This document shows, in pieces, positions 33,041 through 36,496 of a stretch of DNA of 36,496 nucleotides. Within the stretch, counting starts at the first letter, position 1; every line of letters starts with the position of its first letter. The stretch spans positions 1 through 36,496 of the forward strand of contig JACCQV010000586.1 of assembly GCA_013813945.1 (NCBI GenBank), written 5' to 3'. This stretch comes from Deltaproteobacteria bacterium (lineage in GTDB: Bacteria; Myxococcota_A; Polyangia; Haliangiales; Haliangiaceae). Both the position numbers and the translations under genes were made by a program. The notes below the pieces were generated by a model. It was not told where the DNA came from, did no database searches, and was given only the letters and a program-made list of their open reading frames with translations.

Positions 33041-33616
33041 TCAGGCGAACGGAGACGCGTAGCCAGGCGGTTCCACATCCTCGAACGTCGGCTCGAAGGG
33101 GTCGGTCGTCGTGGGGTCGTCCGGGAAGTCGGGATGGGAGACGTCGACGTCGGACTCCTGCTTGTACAGCTCTGGGACGCCGATGCAGGCCTCGGTGGCG
33201 CCGCGCAGCTTCTTGATCTCTTCCGCCGTCGAGCGAAGCACCCCATACGAGGGGGCCGCCCCTGCAGTGTTGCTGGCGCTGGTAGAAGCGGAAAATTGCT
33301 GCTTCTCCTGGTCGTAGATGTTTTGCTGCGCCTTCAGCTCGACCAGCCGGTCGTTCACGCAGGTCAACTTGACGACGTCCTTGTCCTTACGGGCCACGTC
33401 GCGGAGCTGGAACATCTTGCGCGCGTCGTCGGCGATCTGGATCTCGAGCGTGGCCACTCCCTCGACCATCTGCGGGATCGAGAGGTTCACCGACGCACCC
33501 ACCGCCGCTGCGGGCGGATCGCTCGGCGGCGGAGCCGGCGGGGTCTGCGCGTGGACTGTCACAGCCGCGAACATCGCGAGTGCGCCTACGTACTTCGTGA
33601 GGGATATCCAACGCAT
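33041..33616 (-). CDS. Hypothetical secreted protein
   Basis: ATG 33616 gives MRWISLTKYVGALAMFAAVTVHA/QTPP (signal-peptide-like). It continues with a Pro-rich stretch, a helix-prone core containing two Cys, and an acidic Pro-rich tail. I recognised no family. Confidence 0.5.
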   Translation of the reverse strand: MRWISLTKYVGALAMFAAVTVHAQTPPAPPPSDPPAAAVGASVNLSIPQMVEGVATLEIQIADDARKMFQLRDVARKDKDVVKLTCVNDRLVELKAQQNIYDQEKQQFSASTSASNTAGAAPSYGVLRSTAEEIKKLRGATEACIGVPELYKQESDVDVSHPDFPDDPTTTDPFEPTFEDVEPPGYASPFA

Positions 33617-33758
33617 GACCAAACGCCTTGCTGAAAACTACGTCAATCCTTCGGCTGAGTCAATCGAAGGGACGTGAGTAGGATGCCACGGTGCCTGGTG
33701 ACGTTCACGTGGATCTGGCATGAACTCCCTGGTGGCTCACTGCATCTCACTCTGGTCC
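33617..33758. promoter_or_regulatory. Divergent intergenic region between the secreted-protein gene and the wza block; presumed promoter region
   Basis: A 142-bp gap separates divergent starts, if the wza start is ATG 33759. I identified no consensus elements. Confidence 0.25.
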
Positions 33759-34358
33759 ATGAGAGCCATCATGCTCGCCCTGACCGTGGTGCTCGCCGTG
33801 GGCGTCGCCGCGTGTGGCGACAACCCTCCTGTGGTCTATCCCACGGTCGCGCCGTTTGATGACAGCAAGCTCGCGCTCGGACCTGGAGACAAGATCGAGC
33901 TGACGATTTTCTACGGCTCCGAGGAGAGCAAGGCGACGTACACGCTCGATGGCTCCGGCCAGCTCGAGGTCCGGTTCATCGGGAGTGTCGAGGCAAAGGG
34001 CAAGACCGCGCGCGAGACGCAGGAGATGATCCGGTCGCGGCTCGCAGATGGGTACCTCAAGGATCCTGTGGTTTCCCTGACCGTCGTCGAGATCAACTCG
34101 CTCAAGTGTTCCGTGTTCGGTCAGGTCGGCTCGAGCGGATCGGTGAAGTTCACGCCCGGGATGACCATCACGGAAGCGATTGCCAAGAGCGGCGGCTTCA
34201 CGCCACTGGCGCGCAAGAACATGGTGAAGGTCACGCGGCTCGTCAGCGACAAGAAGGAGACTTACAAGATCCCCGTCGAGATGATCGCGGCCGGTGAGCG
34301 ACCCAATTTCCCGATGATGCCGGGCGATGAGGTCTTCGTTCCCGAGCGTCCCTGGTAG
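33759..34358 (+). CDS. wza: Short outer-membrane polysaccharide export (OPX/Wza-like) lipoprotein: one Poly_export and one SLBB domain only
   Basis: MRAIMLALTVVLAVGVAACG (lipobox), LALGPGDKIELTIF (PES-type motif), VFGQVGSSGSVKFTPGMTITEAIAKSGGFTPLA (SLBB), ending PGDEVFVPERPW. ATG 33720 is an alternative start. Confidence 0.8.
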   Translation: MRAIMLALTVVLAVGVAACGDNPPVVYPTVAPFDDSKLALGPGDKIELTIFYGSEESKATYTLDGSGQLEVRFIGSVEAKGKTARETQEMIRSRLADGYLKDPVVSLTVVEINSLKCSVFGQVGSSGSVKFTPGMTITEAIAKSGGFTPLARKNMVKVTRLVSDKKETYKIPVEMIAAGERPNFPMMPGDEVFVPERPW

Positions 34359-34362
34359 CAGC

Positions 34363-36496
34363 ATGCGTCTGCGTGGCCGCGATGCGGTGTCGGCGGGTCT
34401 TGGATTGCTCGCCATCGCGGTGGCGATCTTTGCGGTAGGCGGCGCCTTGCGCTGGGCACAGGCGGTCGTCGCCATGCTCGTGGCACTCGGCTTGTGCCCA
34501 CTGGTGCTCTCACGACGCGTGTTCGACCGACCGTCTCCGCTCCTCGCATTGATTGCGATCGGCGGCGGTCTCACGGCGCTCTCGCTCATACCATTGCCGG
34601 GCGGGCTCGTCGCCGCGCTCAACCCGACCGGAGCGATGTTGCGCGAGGACGGGACGACGTTGATCGGGGTCACAGCGTGGCCAGGCTTGACGCTGGATGC
34701 GCCGGGTTCTTTGCGGGCGCTGACGTACTTCGCAGTCCTGCTCGGGATCGCGGCGATTGCACAGCGAATCGCCGTGTCCGAGCGAGGTCGCTACTGGCTT
34801 GTCGCGTCGGTGGGCGCGCTCTGCGGCGCGGCTGCGGTGACGGTCTGGCTCCACCGCGCGACGGAAGCCACCGCGCTGTACGGCATGTACGAGCTCGTGC
34901 ACGTGGGGCCTCACCTTCTCGGGCCTCTGCTCAACTTGAATCACCTCGCGTGTCTGATGGCTGTTGGGACCGTGATCGCGATTGGACTCTCCGCCTATGC
35001 GCGGCAACCCGCATGGGCGCGTGTTGTGTGGCTTGCGGTCGCCTGCACCTGCGGTAGCGTGACGGTCGCGAGTGTCTCGCGCGGCGGCACGCTCGCGCTC
35101 TGCGGAGGAGCGTTCGTCACGCTGGCCACGCTGATCGCGCAACGTCTGACGGCGTCCGCATCGACGCCCGGCACTCGTCGGCGGGGAAGCTTCCTCACGA
35201 GCTCCCTTCCCCTCGCGGTGGTCGGCGTGTGTGCCGTGATCCTCGTCATCTATTCGAGTGCCGGCGATGTTGGTCGGAAGTTCGCGGCCACCTCGTTCGA
35301 CGAGGTCCGCCACTCCAAGAGCAAGTACGCCGCATGGAAGTCGGCGGCGGTGCTCGTCGAGGAGTCTCCGTGGGTCGGGATCGGACGAGGTTCGTTCGAG
35401 ACCAGCTTCACCCGAGTGCATCCAGCGAGCGGCTCGGTCACATTCTCGCACGTCGAGAACGAGTACCTGCAGGCGGTGATCGACTGGGGTATTCCCGGTG
35501 CACTTGCGCTCGGGTTGCTCGGGCTCTGGCTCGCCGTGGTCGCGATCCGGCGCTGGCGCGACGGACCGCTAGCAGCGGCGGCAATCGGCGCGCTGGTGGT
35601 CGTAGCAGTGCAGAGCAACGTCGACTTCGGCGTCGAAATGCTCGGGATCGCCGCGCCGCTCACCGTGCTCGCGGCGACTCTCACGTACGTTCCATTGCGC
35701 GAGGGCCAGCCACGGACGGTGGCCGTCGCGCGTGCATTGCGGATCGGTCTCGTCGTGGTCCTGGCAGGAGGAGCGGCCCTCTTGCTGTCCAGCGCGACGA
35801 TCGCGGTCGACGAAGATCACGCGCGGATCTCGGAGCGCGGTGTGACGTTTGACGAGGTTCGGGCAGCGATTGAACGTCATCCTCTCGACTATTATGGGTA
35901 CGCACGCGCCGCCGACATGTTGACGCGGCGAGGAGATCGGCGCGCAGTCTCAGTGCTCAACCATGCGATGCGATTGCATCCCACGCATCCGGGACTGCAC
36001 CGGATCGCAGCGCTCATGCTTCATCGTGAGGGTCATATCGATCAGTCCACGCTCGAGTACGCCGCTGCACTTCGTTCGAGCGCGCGACCCGACAAGATGA
36101 TCGGTGAGATCGTTGCACTCTTTCCGGTTGCTCTGGCCGCGCGCGCGATTCCCACGGATCTACCCGAGCTGGAGATCGTGATCCGTAGGCTCGACGAGCT
36201 GTCGCGGCCGGACATCGCGGTGGCGTGGCTGTCCCGGGTCATCGACCTGAAGCCCAACCACATCCGCGCCTGCGAGCTCTTGTACGAACGAGTCTTGCGA
36301 TCTCGCGATCTGCTCGCCGCCGACGCCGCCGCGCGCAAGTGCAAGGACGCCGCGCCGGATGCTCAGACGCGGCTGGAGCTGGCGCGCTTGCTGATGCTGG
36401 ACAAGCGGCACGACGACGCGATCACGCTCCTGGGCGACGTCGATCGGTGGACCGGGCGCGTCGATGACAAGATGACGGCGTGGCTCACACTATGCG
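34363..36496 (+). CDS. O-antigen-ligase/Wzy_C-family membrane protein fused to C-terminal TPR-like repeats; 3'-partial (runs off the window)
   Basis: This ORF is not in the supplied track. Hand translation from ATG 34363 (5 nt after the wza stop) shows 711 codons with no in-frame stop up to 36496. The N-terminal ~470 aa are hydrophobic, with SRGGTLALCGGAFV and GIGRGSFETSF...SHVENEYLQAVIDWGIPG. The C-terminus has helical repeats (YYGYARAADMLTRRGDRRAVSVLNHAMRLHPTHP...). Confidence 0.75.
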   Translation, partial: MRLRGRDAVSAGLGLLAIAVAIFAVGGALRWAQAVVAMLVALGLCPLVLSRRVFDRPSPLLALIAIGGGLTALSLIPLPGGLVAALNPTGAMLREDGTTLIGVTAWPGLTLDAPGSLRALTYFAVLLGIAAIAQRIAVSERGRYWLVASVGALCGAAAVTVWLHRATEATALYGMYELVHVGPHLLGPLLNLNHLACLMAVGTVIAIGLSAYARQPAWARVVWLAVACTCGSVTVASVSRGGTLALCGGAFVTLATLIAQRLTASASTPGTRRRGSFLTSSLPLAVVGVCAVILVIYSSAGDVGRKFAATSFDEVRHSKSKYAAWKSAAVLVEESPWVGIGRGSFETSFTRVHPASGSVTFSHVENEYLQAVIDWGIPGALALGLLGLWLAVVAIRRWRDGPLAAAAIGALVVVAVQSNVDFGVEMLGIAAPLTVLAATLTYVPLREGQPRTVAVARALRIGLVVVLAGGAALLLSSATIAVDEDHARISERGVTFDEVRAAIERHPLDYYGYARAADMLTRRGDRRAVSVLNHAMRLHPTHPGLHRIAALMLHREGHIDQSTLEYAAALRSSARPDKMIGEIVALFPVALAARAIPTDLPELEIVIRRLDELSRPDIAVAWLSRVIDLKPNHIRACELLYERVLRSRDLLAADAAARKCKDAAPDAQTRLELARLLMLDKRHDDAITLLGDVDRWTGRVDDKMTAWLTLC

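Noticed and set aside
33019-33043. Bulged hairpin TGAGCCTC-agctttg-GAGCGGCTCA at the 3' end of the secreted-protein gene, considered as a possible terminator.
   Set aside because: The stem has a bulge and overlaps the stop codon. On the transcribed (minus) strand it is followed by only TT, not a U-tract. The evidence is too weak to annotate.
33716-33732. Sigma-54-like element TGGCAT-N5-CCCTG upstream of or within the wza start region.
   Set aside because: The -12 element (TTGC/TGC) is missing. The match also overlaps the alternative ATG at 33720. This is not sufficient for a call.
1-36496. Searched for mobile elements, CRISPR arrays, tRNA/rRNA genes, toxin-antitoxin genes and defence-system genes.
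   Set aside because: I found no transposase, integrase or recombinase motifs, no direct-repeat/spacer arrays and no cloverleaf-like or rRNA-like segments. The polysaccharide genes account for essentially all of the sequence.

Overview
This window is high-GC bacterial DNA (about 60-63% G+C on a few hand-counted lines) and is almost entirely coding. It forms one large Wzx/Wzy-dependent surface-polysaccharide locus of the EPS, O-antigen or capsule type.

I resolve 33 CDS, two of them cut by the window edges, in five blocks of alternating orientation:
- Block A: + strand, 2-15117.
- Block B: - strand, 15114-18714.
- Block C: + strand, 18824-25229.
- Block D: - strand, 25230-32901, followed by a lone secreted-protein gene ending at 33616.
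- Block E: + strand, 33759 to beyond 36496.

Content:
- The C-terminal tyrosine-cluster tail of a Wzc-like BY-kinase.
- A CMP-nonulosonate branch (neuB-neuC-neuA-like).
- A CDP-hexose branch: rfbF-rfbG, then a C-methyltransferase, an RmlC-like epimerase, a NeuD/PglD-like acetyltransferase and a DegT aminotransferase.
- UDP-sugar enzymes: a WbpM/PglF-like 4,6-dehydratase, four extended-SDR epimerase/reductases and a nucleotide-sugar dehydrogenase.
- Two AsnB-type glutamine amidotransferases.
- Tailoring genes: a SAM methyltransferase, a CE4 deacetylase, a two-domain GNAT and a 2OG/Fe(II)-oxygenase-like protein.
- Six transferase genes: a WbpL/WecA-type initiator, two GT2, one GT4, one GT-B-like and one KpsS/KpsC-like.
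- Export and assembly genes: a Wzx flippase, two Wzy_C/O-antigen-ligase-like membrane proteins, a short Wza/OPX lipoprotein and a LamG-like lipoprotein.

One Wzy_C protein is fused to TPR-like repeats. It is missing from the supplied ORF track because it runs off the window end.

I saw no rRNA, tRNA, CRISPR, transposase, integrase or phage genes. The long ORFs antisense to these genes look like high-GC shadow ORFs.

The points most worth follow-up:
- The CDP-linked C-methyl/amino/acetyl sugar cassette.
- The nonulosonate cassette bracketed by two amidotransferases.
- The KpsS-like candidate CMP-sugar transferase.
- The LamG-lipoprotein / oxygenase-like divergent pair.
- The truncated OPX protein with no visible outer-membrane partner.

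All family assignments come from motif recognition by eye. None has been checked against a database.
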